Of a stretch of 64,000 nucleotides of DNA, positions 22,042 to 30,863 are shown one piece after another (the stretch's first letter is position 1; every line of letters begins with the position of its first letter). Source of the DNA: Bacilli bacterium (GTDB lineage Bacteria > Bacillota_I > Bacilli_A > RFN20 > CAG-826); contig JAZLFJ010000008.1 in assembly GCA_045615665.1 (NCBI GenBank), forward strand, positions 5,254-69,253, given 5' to 3'. Below the pieces are notes generated by a model. That model made no database searches and had not been told where the DNA came from. It saw nothing but the letters and a program-made list of their open reading frames with translations. Position numbers and translations under genes: made by a program.

Positions 22042-23061
22042 ATGAAAAAAATTTTAGTTACTGGTGGTTTAGGTTTTATAGGATCTCACACAGTTATTCA
22101 GCTTATTGAAAATGGTTACGAACCAATAATTGTCGATAATCTCGTTAATTCAAAACTCGAAGTTCTTAATAGATTAGAGAAGATTACAGGTAAACGACCA
22201 ACTTTTTATCAATATGATGTTAGAGACGAAAAGAACCTAGATAAGATTTTTTCCGAAAACAACATATTTGCTGTTATTCATTTTGCTGGTTTAAAAGCGG
22301 TTGGTGAATCAATTCAAAAACCACAACTCTATTATGATAATAATATTGGTTCTTCAGAAGTTCTTCTAAAAGTCATGGAAAAACATAATGTCAAGAAACT
22401 TGTTTTCTCGTCTTCTGCAACTGTTTATGGTAATCCGAAACGAGTTCCTATTTATGAAACAGATCCAATTGGCGAGACAACCAATCCTTATGCTGAAACC
22501 AAAGTAAGAATCGAATATATGCTCAAAGATTTGTTTGCCAAAGATAAGAGCTGGGATTTAGCTATTCTTAGGTATTTTAATCCTATTGGGGCACACAAAT
22601 CTGGTTTAATCGGAGAAGATCCTCAAGGTATTCCGAATAACTTGATGCCATATGTCACTCAAGTAGCTGTTGGAAAGCTATCTCAATTATCGGTCTTTGG
22701 TGATGATTATGACACAAGGGACGGAACATGTATTCGTGACTATATCCATGTCATTGATTTGGCTAGAGGACACGTTCTAACTTTGAAGAAACTAGAAGAA
22801 AAACCTGGTTTAGTTATTTATAACTTAGGAACTGGAGTCGGAACCTCTGTTCTTGAATTAGTGCATGCCTTCGAAGAAGCGAATAATCTAAAAATTAATT
22901 ATAAAATTGCACCACGTAGACCTGGAGATATTCCAGTTTGCTATGCAAATGTTGATAAAGCATTTAAAGAAATTGGTTTTAAGACCGAATTTAATATCGT
23001 GGATTGCTGCCGCGATTCATGGAATTGGCAGTCCCATAATCCAAAAGGCTTCGATAAATAA
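22042..23061 (+). CDS. galE: UDP-glucose 4-epimerase
   Basis: 339 aa with TGGLGFIGSH, the YxxxK pattern (PYAETK), and GalE-like sequence throughout. Confidence 0.9.
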   Translation: MKKILVTGGLGFIGSHTVIQLIENGYEPIIVDNLVNSKLEVLNRLEKITGKRPTFYQYDVRDEKNLDKIFSENNIFAVIHFAGLKAVGESIQKPQLYYDNNIGSSEVLLKVMEKHNVKKLVFSSSATVYGNPKRVPIYETDPIGETTNPYAETKVRIEYMLKDLFAKDKSWDLAILRYFNPIGAHKSGLIGEDPQGIPNNLMPYVTQVAVGKLSQLSVFGDDYDTRDGTCIRDYIHVIDLARGHVLTLKKLEEKPGLVIYNLGTGVGTSVLELVHAFEEANNLKINYKIAPRRPGDIPVCYANVDKAFKEIGFKTEFNIVDCCRDSWNWQSHNPKGFDK

Positions 23062-23072
23062 AGGAGAATTTT

Positions 23073-23984
23073 ATGGCTAGAGAAAAACTTACTTTAAAAA
23101 CCATCAATGACGAAACTCTTCATGGTTATTCATGGAAAGGTGAAAAACCAAAAGCTAACGTCGTTATTGTTACTGGTATGGAAGAGTATCTTTTAAGATA
23201 TGATGATTTTGCAAATTATCTAAATTCTCAAGGTTTTAATTGCTATGGCTTCGACCATTATGGACAAGGCGAAACCGCTGGAGAAGAATCAAAATTAGGT
23301 ATCGTTCCAAGATCATTCTTCTCTAAATCGGTTAGAAATATAAATGATCTTGTTAAGAAGGCTAAAAAAGAAAATGGACTTCCAACTTATGTCTTTGCGC
23401 ATTCTATGGGTTCATTTATGGCTCAAGACTATGTCCAAAGATTTACTAATAGCGCTGACAAGGTTGTTATTTGTGGCACCAATGGTCCAAATGGTTCTGG
23501 CGCATATAAAGCTGGTTATCCATTAGCGAGATTCATTTGTAAATGCAAAGGCGAAAATAAGAAAGCAAAATTTTTAGCATCGCTTGCAATCGGTGCGTAT
23601 GTTAAATCGGTCAAGGATCGTAAAACTCCTGTTGATTGGCTTAGTTATAACGAAGAAAACAATACTAAATACTTAGCTAATCCATATTGTGGCTACGGTT
23701 CAACAAACGGCTTCTACCGCGAATTATTAAAAGGTAATCGTCGTCTCTATCAAAAGAAATTTATGACGAAGATTAGAAAAGACCTTCCAATCTTTGTAAT
23801 CGCCGGTGAAGAAGATGCTGTTGGTGCAAAAGGTAAAGGCCCAACAAAATTAGTTAGACTTTATAACAAATATGGTTTAACAAAAGTTGAGCTTAAATTA
23901 TATCCACACATGAGACACGAAATTCTCAATGAAGTGGAACACGATAAGGTCTACAAAGACATCGTCGAATTCTTCAATAAATAA
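23073..23984 (+). CDS. Alpha/beta hydrolase (lysophospholipase/monoacylglycerol-lipase-like)
   Basis: 303 aa with the nucleophile elbow AHSMGS and a C-terminal H in MRHEILNE. Confidence 0.65.
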   Translation: MAREKLTLKTINDETLHGYSWKGEKPKANVVIVTGMEEYLLRYDDFANYLNSQGFNCYGFDHYGQGETAGEESKLGIVPRSFFSKSVRNINDLVKKAKKENGLPTYVFAHSMGSFMAQDYVQRFTNSADKVVICGTNGPNGSGAYKAGYPLARFICKCKGENKKAKFLASLAIGAYVKSVKDRKTPVDWLSYNEENNTKYLANPYCGYGSTNGFYRELLKGNRRLYQKKFMTKIRKDLPIFVIAGEEDAVGAKGKGPTKLVRLYNKYGLTKVELKLYPHMRHEILNEVEHDKVYKDIVEFFNK

Positions 23985-23985
23985 A

Positions 23986-24025
23986 GAAAAAACGGAGATT
24001 TGCTGGTGAATTCTCCGTTTTTCTT
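23986..24025. terminator. Bidirectional intrinsic terminator
   Basis: aaaaaacggaga...tctccgttttt hairpin flanked by an A-run and a T-run, between convergent genes. Confidence 0.75.
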
Positions 24026-24031
24026 TTGTTT

Positions 24032-25723
24032 TTATTTCATGAAACTTGTGATAAGTTTTTTGAAGTGAGTTATTCTTTCATCGCCGTTTGCGAAGACGTA
24101 TGCTTTTAGTTTTGGTTCTGTGCCAGATGGCCTAAAGATTACAGTTTCGTGATCATTAAGGAAGAATTTGATGACATCTGATTTTGGTAAGCCCGTATCT
24201 TCCTCGTGATCTGAATAAAAGATTTTTGCAAGTTTATAGTCACCAACTTTTTCAACTGTTCCAATTTCTTTCTTAAAAGATTCTTCACGGAAATGGTTCA
24301 TCAATGACTGCATTTTATCTTTGCCATCGAGTCCTGGGAATTCAAACGACAAAGTGACAGTTTTATAATGGCCAAATTTGTCATAAAGTTGATTGAGCCT
24401 ATCTAATAAAGTTAAGCCTTTATGCTTATAGTAGTTCGCCATTTCGGCGATTAATAACATGGCGTTGACGCCATCTTTGTCTCTAACATCGTGATTTGTT
24501 AAATAACCATATGATTCTTCAAAACCAAAGATGAATCTGTCCTCTTCGCCTTTCTGCTCCAAGAATAGGATTTGTTCACCAATGAATTTGAATCCGGTTA
24601 GGACATTGCGAATTTCAACGCCATATTCTTTGCCCATCAAATCAACGAGATCACTTGAAACAATTGATTTAACAACAACGGGCTTATTGGGAAGTTTTCC
24701 TTCTTCTTTTCTAGCGGTGTAGATAAAATCAAATAATAATATGCCAATTTCATTACCGGTTAAAATAATGGATTTGCCATTTTGATTAATCGCCACACCA
24801 GCTCGATCTGAATCAGGGTCGGTCGCGACTAAGATATCATTATTGTTTTTAAGCATTAGTTTCATACCTAAATCCATCGCTTCTAAAATCTCGGGATTTG
24901 GATATGGACAAGTTGTGAAATTGCCATCTGGCAGTCTTTGTTCTTCGACAATATCGATGTGTTTAAATCCATCGCGTTCTAGAACAGTTGTGACTGGGAT
25001 ATAACCCGCACCATGAAGAGGAGTATATGTGATGTTTAAGATGCGCGGAGAGACTTTTTCTGATTTGATGCTTTGTGACAAAACCGAAGCATAATATTCT
25101 TCAACTAATTCATCTGAGATATATTCAATTTCTCCAGCTTCAATGCCTTTTTCAAAATCGATATATTTAACATCGTCAAACATCTCTAGTTTATTAATGT
25201 TTGCTAATACTTTATTTGCAGCGTCAATTGTCATTTGGCAGCCATCGCTACCATACACTTTAAAACCGTTGTAGATTTTTGGGTTATGCGAGGCTGTAAT
25301 AACAACACCGGCAGAGCAATGCAAATGACGAACAGCAAATGATAGAGTTGGAACCGGCATCAATGTTTTGAAAATATGAACTTTAATGCCGTTAGCGGCT
25401 AAAGTTGATGCCGCTTCTTTGGCGAATAATTCAGAATTATTTCTTGAGTCATATGCAATTGCAACACTTGGTTTAGTTTCTTCGCTAAGTAAATACTGAG
25501 CAAGTCCTTGTGAAGCGTGACGAATCACGTATTTATTCATGCGATTCGTGCCCATGGCCATAACGCCTCTAAGACCAGCGGTGCCGAATTCGAGATCTGC
25601 AATAAAACGTTCTGTGATTTCCTTTTCGTTATTAGCGACGCTAAGCAATTCTTCCTTTTCTTCACTTGAAAGGCGTTTTTCGTTTAGCCAGCGATTATAT
25701 TTTTCTAAGACTAATTTTTCCAT
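24032..25723 (-). CDS. Phosphoglucomutase/phosphomannomutase family phospho-sugar mutase
   Basis: 563 aa with the active-site TASHNP, GTAGLRG, and the metal loop DPDSDR. Confidence 0.85.
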   Translation of the reverse strand: MEKLVLEKYNRWLNEKRLSSEEKEELLSVANNEKEITERFIADLEFGTAGLRGVMAMGTNRMNKYVIRHASQGLAQYLLSEETKPSVAIAYDSRNNSELFAKEAASTLAANGIKVHIFKTLMPVPTLSFAVRHLHCSAGVVITASHNPKIYNGFKVYGSDGCQMTIDAANKVLANINKLEMFDDVKYIDFEKGIEAGEIEYISDELVEEYYASVLSQSIKSEKVSPRILNITYTPLHGAGYIPVTTVLERDGFKHIDIVEEQRLPDGNFTTCPYPNPEILEAMDLGMKLMLKNNNDILVATDPDSDRAGVAINQNGKSIILTGNEIGILLFDFIYTARKEEGKLPNKPVVVKSIVSSDLVDLMGKEYGVEIRNVLTGFKFIGEQILFLEQKGEEDRFIFGFEESYGYLTNHDVRDKDGVNAMLLIAEMANYYKHKGLTLLDRLNQLYDKFGHYKTVTLSFEFPGLDGKDKMQSLMNHFREESFKKEIGTVEKVGDYKLAKIFYSDHEEDTGLPKSDVIKFFLNDHETVIFRPSGTEPKLKAYVFANGDERITHFKKLITSFMK

Positions 25724-25827
25724 AAAAATCTATCCTTTTAATTTGCTATTTATATCATAACATTTTAATAATGTTTGGTTGAAATAACTTTTGCATTGCG
25801 CTCGCACATGTAATAAAATTTCTATCA

Positions 25828-27939
25828 ATGCTCACGAAAAGAAGTGCGGTTTCAAACCTATTACTATATGCGATTATCATTGTCGCCATATATATCGTTC
25901 AGAGAATGATCGTTTTTGAACCAAATTCTGTAGGGGTTAATTTCGCTATATATCGCGAACTTCTATTCCCAGAATATTTAATAGCTTTTAGCGTCCTTCT
26001 TTTCTTAAGTGCTTGGTATATTTATGCCGAGTATAAAAGAGGCCAATTAAAACTTCATATTCCGCTTATTATATTGCTATCTTGCTTATTTTTAATAAGC
26101 ACTATTATAATTTTAACATTTCCATCTAAACTTGAAATTTTGGTGCCGGTCTATGGCCCATTAAGAGGTGATGATGCAGAATTGCTTTATTATAAGAATG
26201 CTGTAATGAATTTAAATGCTGAACAAAGAGGATTGTTTATTCTCGTTAGTTTTGCTGCTTTATATTTAGCGTATTTACTTATATATGTATTACCACGAAA
26301 GATTAGATATACTCGCCAACTCGAATGGTTAATGTACCTCATTTTGATTTTTAATGTCGTGTTAATCGCCGTTTCACTTTCCACAGAGATTAATGAATAT
26401 ATTAAGTTTTTCCAAGTGGTTCCAAACAAAGACTTTTCATTGTCGGTTAAGATTCAAGGTTTCCTCGGAAACAAGAATAGCTTTGGCGCTGCGATGATGT
26501 TTGGTGTTTTTGCTTCGATTTATTTGCATCATTTAAACGGAAAGTGGTGGTTCTTACCATTTCCAGTTATATTTACCGCTTTTGCTTTAGTGGCCACTTC
26601 CAAGACCAAAACAATGATTTGTGTCATTGTAGTAATCGTTTATTTCATCACTTGCTTGTGCATGCGTTTCAAAAAGCACGTTTTATCGAGTCTTATCATC
26701 ATAGGAGTGGTGCTTGCACTGATTGTAGCAGCCGTCTCGCTATATTTGGTTTACTATTTCAATAATGATTTCATGACTTTAACATTCGAATCTGCTGAGA
26801 ACATTTTCGATTCATTCTTCATAAAAGCTTTTGGAAACGTTACGCACTTAAGCGGAAGACATCGTCAATATGACAAAGTCATCATTTTACTTAACAATGG
26901 TTATTGGGCCTTTGGATCAGGGTATGGCTTATTTAATTACCTCTTCAGAGGCATGGAAAACATTTCCATTAATAGCGGCTTAATTGCTTGGAGTGCAACA
27001 TCAATTACGAAGCTTCCAATCGATAGCGCCCATATGACTGATTCTCCACACAGCTTCTATTATCAAATTATGGGTACAGGTGGAATCGCTACTCTTGTAA
27101 TAGAGGCAATGCTGATATTGTATGTTGTTTTTGCCGCGACAAGAGTTTTCAAAAGACACAAAAAGACAGTCATCATTTGTCTTTCGTTCCTTTTAGGCGC
27201 AATTCTTGAAGGTCTTACAGAAGGAACATCCCTTTTCTTCCTTGGTCCTGTTTATATTGATTCGCTTCTATTTACAATTTTTGCGACAACCATTATTCTC
27301 AGTCTTTATCATCACGAAAAACATCCGAGTGAAAATCGCGTTTTCCTTGCAAATTACGGACAAAACACTACAAAATTCAAAGACGTCAATAAGTCAGCTT
27401 TGATTGCAAAAACTCTTTATTTCTTCTTAGCACCAGCTACTGTTATTATGTGTGTAATTACGCCATTACTATATGGAGAAGCCCTTAAAGACAATCTTCC
27501 ATTTGTAGTTGCAATCATCGTTGTAGCTTCATTATTTGTTGTCGCCCCTATTGCTGCCCAACTAATTTCTGATCGAAAAACCAAATTCACAAAATTTTTA
27601 TTAGATGTTGTCGCCCCTTATTATGGATTCGTTATTGTCTTTGGCGGTTTCATTTACATTTATTATTTGCTCGTGGGCGGTTTCGGTCATGGACTCGCTG
27701 GAATATTGCTAATTGCTACATGTCTAGCCGAATTCACTATCTTTTCTGTATTCAAATATTTTAAAGACAAAGCTGGTATCATAAGTTATTTGCTAGATAA
27801 ACTTTGTGATTTAGTTCATAAACATCAAGCAAAATATATTGAAGTTTCAAATAAAAAAGATTCTCAGACGCTTCAAGAAAAATTCTTTGCTTTAATTACT
27901 CCAAAGAGGTTTAAACAAAATGAAACAACAAACAATTGA
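25828..27939 (+). CDS. Large polytopic membrane protein, O-antigen ligase/polymerase (Wzy/WaaL)-like
   Basis: 703 aa with more than 12 predicted TM segments. The central region GFLGNKNSFGAAMMFGVFASIYLHH resembles the O-antigen ligase domain. The assignment is tentative. Confidence 0.45.
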   Translation: MLTKRSAVSNLLLYAIIIVAIYIVQRMIVFEPNSVGVNFAIYRELLFPEYLIAFSVLLFLSAWYIYAEYKRGQLKLHIPLIILLSCLFLISTIIILTFPSKLEILVPVYGPLRGDDAELLYYKNAVMNLNAEQRGLFILVSFAALYLAYLLIYVLPRKIRYTRQLEWLMYLILIFNVVLIAVSLSTEINEYIKFFQVVPNKDFSLSVKIQGFLGNKNSFGAAMMFGVFASIYLHHLNGKWWFLPFPVIFTAFALVATSKTKTMICVIVVIVYFITCLCMRFKKHVLSSLIIIGVVLALIVAAVSLYLVYYFNNDFMTLTFESAENIFDSFFIKAFGNVTHLSGRHRQYDKVIILLNNGYWAFGSGYGLFNYLFRGMENISINSGLIAWSATSITKLPIDSAHMTDSPHSFYYQIMGTGGIATLVIEAMLILYVVFAATRVFKRHKKTVIICLSFLLGAILEGLTEGTSLFFLGPVYIDSLLFTIFATTIILSLYHHEKHPSENRVFLANYGQNTTKFKDVNKSALIAKTLYFFLAPATVIMCVITPLLYGEALKDNLPFVVAIIVVASLFVVAPIAAQLISDRKTKFTKFLLDVVAPYYGFVIVFGGFIYIYYLLVGGFGHGLAGILLIATCLAEFTIFSVFKYFKDKAGIISYLLDKLCDLVHKHQAKYIEVSNKKDSQTLQEKFFALITPKRFKQNETTNN

Positions 27940-28237
27940 TAGAATCAGACATTTCTCTAGCGATCGTGATTGGGATAAGTATCACACACCTGCAAACTTA
28001 GCGAAGACAATCGTCATAGAGGCTACCGAACTACTTGAATGTTTCCAGTGGGATGATGACAAATTTGACGTCGAACATATGAAGGAAGAATTAGCAGATG
28101 TTATCGTAAATTGCCAAAATTTGGTGGATAAGCTATGCTTAGACGTTGATGAAATCGTCAATAAAAAGATGGAACAAAACGAAAAAAAGTACCCAATAGA
28201 TAAGTTTAAATCCCTCGATAAAAAGTATAATGAGTGA
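27920..28237 (+). CDS. MazG-like nucleotide pyrophosphohydrolase (small all-alpha NTP-PPase), paralog 1
   Basis: 105 aa with FSSDRDWDKYHTPANLAKTIVIEATELLECFQW...EELADVIVNC...KKMEQNEKKYP. It is a paralog of 47509-47838. Confidence 0.7.
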   Translation: MKQQTIDRIRHFSSDRDWDKYHTPANLAKTIVIEATELLECFQWDDDKFDVEHMKEELADVIVNCQNLVDKLCLDVDEIVNKKMEQNEKKYPIDKFKSLDKKYNE

Positions 28238-28243
28238 AAATAT

Positions 28244-28263
28244 GAATGTCTTTAAAGACATTC
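28244..28263 (+). terminator. Perfect 20-nt palindrome after the MazG-like gene (candidate terminator hairpin)
   Basis: gaatgtctttaaagacattc. The downstream U-tract is weak (agtgattt). Confidence 0.3.
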
Positions 28264-28391
28264 AGTGATTTGAATTTTCTTTGTTTCATAATCCGAAATA
28301 AAAAATACGATTAAATCATTGAAAATTAGTGAAAAGTTGTACAGTGTATGACTTTTTATTTTTTTTCATTAAATTTCTAAACATGTTTATA

Positions 28392-28397
28392 TATAAT
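28392..28397 (+). promoter_or_regulatory. Candidate -10 box (TATAAT) for nrdD
   Basis: TATAAT lies 83 nt upstream of the nrdD ATG. The SD AAAGGAG is at 28468-28474. Confidence 0.35.
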
Positions 28398-28431
28398 GTA
28401 TTCACCAAACGGAAGCTGAAATAATTCCGGA

Positions 28432-28451
28432 ATACTCTGTGCGCAGAGTAT
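28432..28451 (+). promoter_or_regulatory. 8-bp hairpin in the nrdD 5' leader
   Basis: atactctg-tgcg-cagagtat followed by atttta. This could be an attenuator or a stabilising hairpin. Confidence 0.35.
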
Positions 28452-28480
28452 ATTTTAAAAACGCTTAAAAGGAGAATTAT

Positions 28481-30862
28481 ATGATTAGAGTAATCAAAAG
28501 AGACGATTCCAGAGAAGAATTTAACATTGGTAAAATCAGCTCCGCTATCGAAAAAGCCTTTATGGCAGAACATAAGTTCTACACTAAAGATATTATTGAA
28601 ATGCTCGCGTTACGCGTGACTGCGGATTTCAATAAAAAGATTAAAGACGAAGAAATTTCACTCGAAGACATTCAAGACTCAGTTGAAGTTGTCTTAATTC
28701 AAGCCGGTTACATTGATGTCGCCAAGAGCTATATGGTGTACCGTAAACAGCACGAAAACTTAAGACAAATTAAGGAAACTAGCATTGACTATAAGAACGT
28801 TATTAATAACTACTTAAAGATCAATGACTGGAGAGTTAAGGAAAACTCAACTGTTACATATTCTGTTGGTGGATTAATTCTTTCCAACTCAGGTGCTGTC
28901 ACCGCAAACTATTGGTTAAGCGAAATCTATGATAAGGAAATCGCCGATGCACACCGCAACGCTGATATTCATATTCATGATTTATCGATGCTTACCGGTT
29001 ATTGTGCAGGATGGTCCTTAAAACAACTTATTACTGAAGGTTTGGGTGGTGTTACTGGCAAGATTACATCTGCTCCAGCTGCTCACTTATCAACACTTTG
29101 TAACCAGATGGTTAACTTCTTAGGTATCATGCAAAATGAATGGGCAGGAGCACAAGCCTTCTCCTCGTTCGATACATATTTAGCACCATTTGTTAAAGCT
29201 GATAACCTAAACTACAAACAAGTCAAACAATGCATTCAATCCTTTATCTATGGTGTTAACACTCCATCTAGATGGGGTACTCAAGCACCATTCACCAACA
29301 TCACTTTAGATTGGGTTGTTCCAAATGATATGGCCGAACTCAACTGTATTGTTGGTGGCAAAGAAATGCCATTTAAATACAAAGATTGTGTCGAAGAAAT
29401 GGCGATGGTCAATAAAGCTTTTATTGAAATTATGATCGAAGGTGACGCTAATGGTCGTGGATTCCAATATCCAATTCCAACCTATTCAATTACCAAAACA
29501 TTCGATTGGTCTGAAACTGAAAACAACAAGTTGTTGTTTACAATGACCGCTAAATACGGAACTCCATATTTCTCTAACTACATCAATTCCGATATGGAAC
29601 CAAGCGATGTTAGAAGTATGTGCTGCCGTCTACGCCTTGATTTAAGAGAACTTCGTAAGAAATCAGGTGGTTTCTTCGGTAGTGGTGAATCAACCGGTTC
29701 CGTCGGTGTCGTCACCATCAACTTACCAAGACTTGCTTATTTAGCAACCGATGAAAAAGATTTCTATTCTAGATTAGATAAAATCATGGATATCTCTGCA
29801 CGTTCACTAAAAGTTAAACGTAACACAATTACCACTTTGCTTGAAGCTGGTTTATATCCATACACCAAACGTTATTTAGGCACCTTTAACAACCACTTCT
29901 CCACAATCGGTTTAGTCGGTATGAACGAAGCTTGCTTAAATGCTAGATGGTTAAGAAAAGATTTAACCAATCCAGAAGCTGTTGAATTCGCTAAAGATGT
30001 TCTCAATCACATGAGAAATAGACTTTCTGATTATCAAGAACTCTATGGAGATCTTTATAACCTTGAAGCCACTCCAGCTGAATCAACTGCTTATCGTTTA
30101 GCTAAACACGATAAGAAGAAATATCCAGACATCATCACCGCAAGTGAAAATGGCAAGACTCCTTATTACACCAACTCTTCACACTTACCAGTTGGTTATA
30201 CCGAAGATATCTTCAAAGCTCTTGATGTCCAAGACGAATTACAGACTCTTTACACATCAGGAACAGTCTTCCACGCTTTCTTAGGACAAAAACTCCCATC
30301 ATACAAATCTTGTATGAATCTTGTTCGTAAGATCGCCGAAAATTACCACATTCCTTATTACACAATGTCTCCAACATATTCAATTTGTAAGGAACATGGT
30401 TATCTTGAAGGCGAACAATACATTTGTCCAAAATGCGGTCAAAGAACCGAAGTTTATTCTAGAATCACTGGTTATTATCGTCCTGTTCAAAACTGGAACG
30501 ATGGTAAGACCGAAGAATTCAAGAATCGTAAAGTTTACGACATCAAGAATTCTCATTTAACTCATGACGCAAACGGCTGTGCAATTGAAAACGAACAACC
30601 AACCGCTGAAGAAAACACCAGTGAAAAACTTAATAAAATCTTGTTATTTGCTACCAAAACCTGTCCAAACTGCAAGATGGCCAAAATGCTTTTAGATAAA
30701 GCGAATATCAAATACGAAGTCATCGACGCTGAAGAAAATGTCGAATTAACTAGGAAATATAACGTTAAAAAGGCTCCAACATTACTTGTTCCAAACGGTA
30801 ATGGAATTGATGTCTTTGAAAATGCTTCCAACATCAAAGGATTTATCGAAAGAGTAAATTAA
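28481..30862 (+). CDS. nrdD: Anaerobic (class III) ribonucleoside-triphosphate reductase with an N-terminal ATP-cone and a fused C-terminal thioredoxin/glutaredoxin-fold domain
   Basis: 793 aa. It has an ATP-cone (MIRVIKRDDSREEFNIGKISSAIEKAF), the NrdD core (TGYCAGWSL, SMCCRLRLD), a Zn site (CKEHG...CPKCG) and a glycyl-radical motif (SRITGYYRPV). The extra domain is KILLFATKTCPNCKMAK...KKAPTLLV. Confidence 0.9.
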   Translation: MIRVIKRDDSREEFNIGKISSAIEKAFMAEHKFYTKDIIEMLALRVTADFNKKIKDEEISLEDIQDSVEVVLIQAGYIDVAKSYMVYRKQHENLRQIKETSIDYKNVINNYLKINDWRVKENSTVTYSVGGLILSNSGAVTANYWLSEIYDKEIADAHRNADIHIHDLSMLTGYCAGWSLKQLITEGLGGVTGKITSAPAAHLSTLCNQMVNFLGIMQNEWAGAQAFSSFDTYLAPFVKADNLNYKQVKQCIQSFIYGVNTPSRWGTQAPFTNITLDWVVPNDMAELNCIVGGKEMPFKYKDCVEEMAMVNKAFIEIMIEGDANGRGFQYPIPTYSITKTFDWSETENNKLLFTMTAKYGTPYFSNYINSDMEPSDVRSMCCRLRLDLRELRKKSGGFFGSGESTGSVGVVTINLPRLAYLATDEKDFYSRLDKIMDISARSLKVKRNTITTLLEAGLYPYTKRYLGTFNNHFSTIGLVGMNEACLNARWLRKDLTNPEAVEFAKDVLNHMRNRLSDYQELYGDLYNLEATPAESTAYRLAKHDKKKYPDIITASENGKTPYYTNSSHLPVGYTEDIFKALDVQDELQTLYTSGTVFHAFLGQKLPSYKSCMNLVRKIAENYHIPYYTMSPTYSICKEHGYLEGEQYICPKCGQRTEVYSRITGYYRPVQNWNDGKTEEFKNRKVYDIKNSHLTHDANGCAIENEQPTAEENTSEKLNKILLFATKTCPNCKMAKMLLDKANIKYEVIDAEENVELTRKYNVKKAPTLLVPNGNGIDVFENASNIKGFIERVN

Positions 30863-30863
30863 T

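Noticed and set aside
28380-28400. Possible NrdR box in ACATGTTTATATATAATGT upstream of nrdD.
   Set aside because: Compared by eye with the NrdR consensus (acaCwAtATaTwgtgt), it matches only the outer ACA...TGT and generic AT-rich core. It is not a good palindrome, there is no second box, and it overlaps the putative -10 box, which explains the TATA content.
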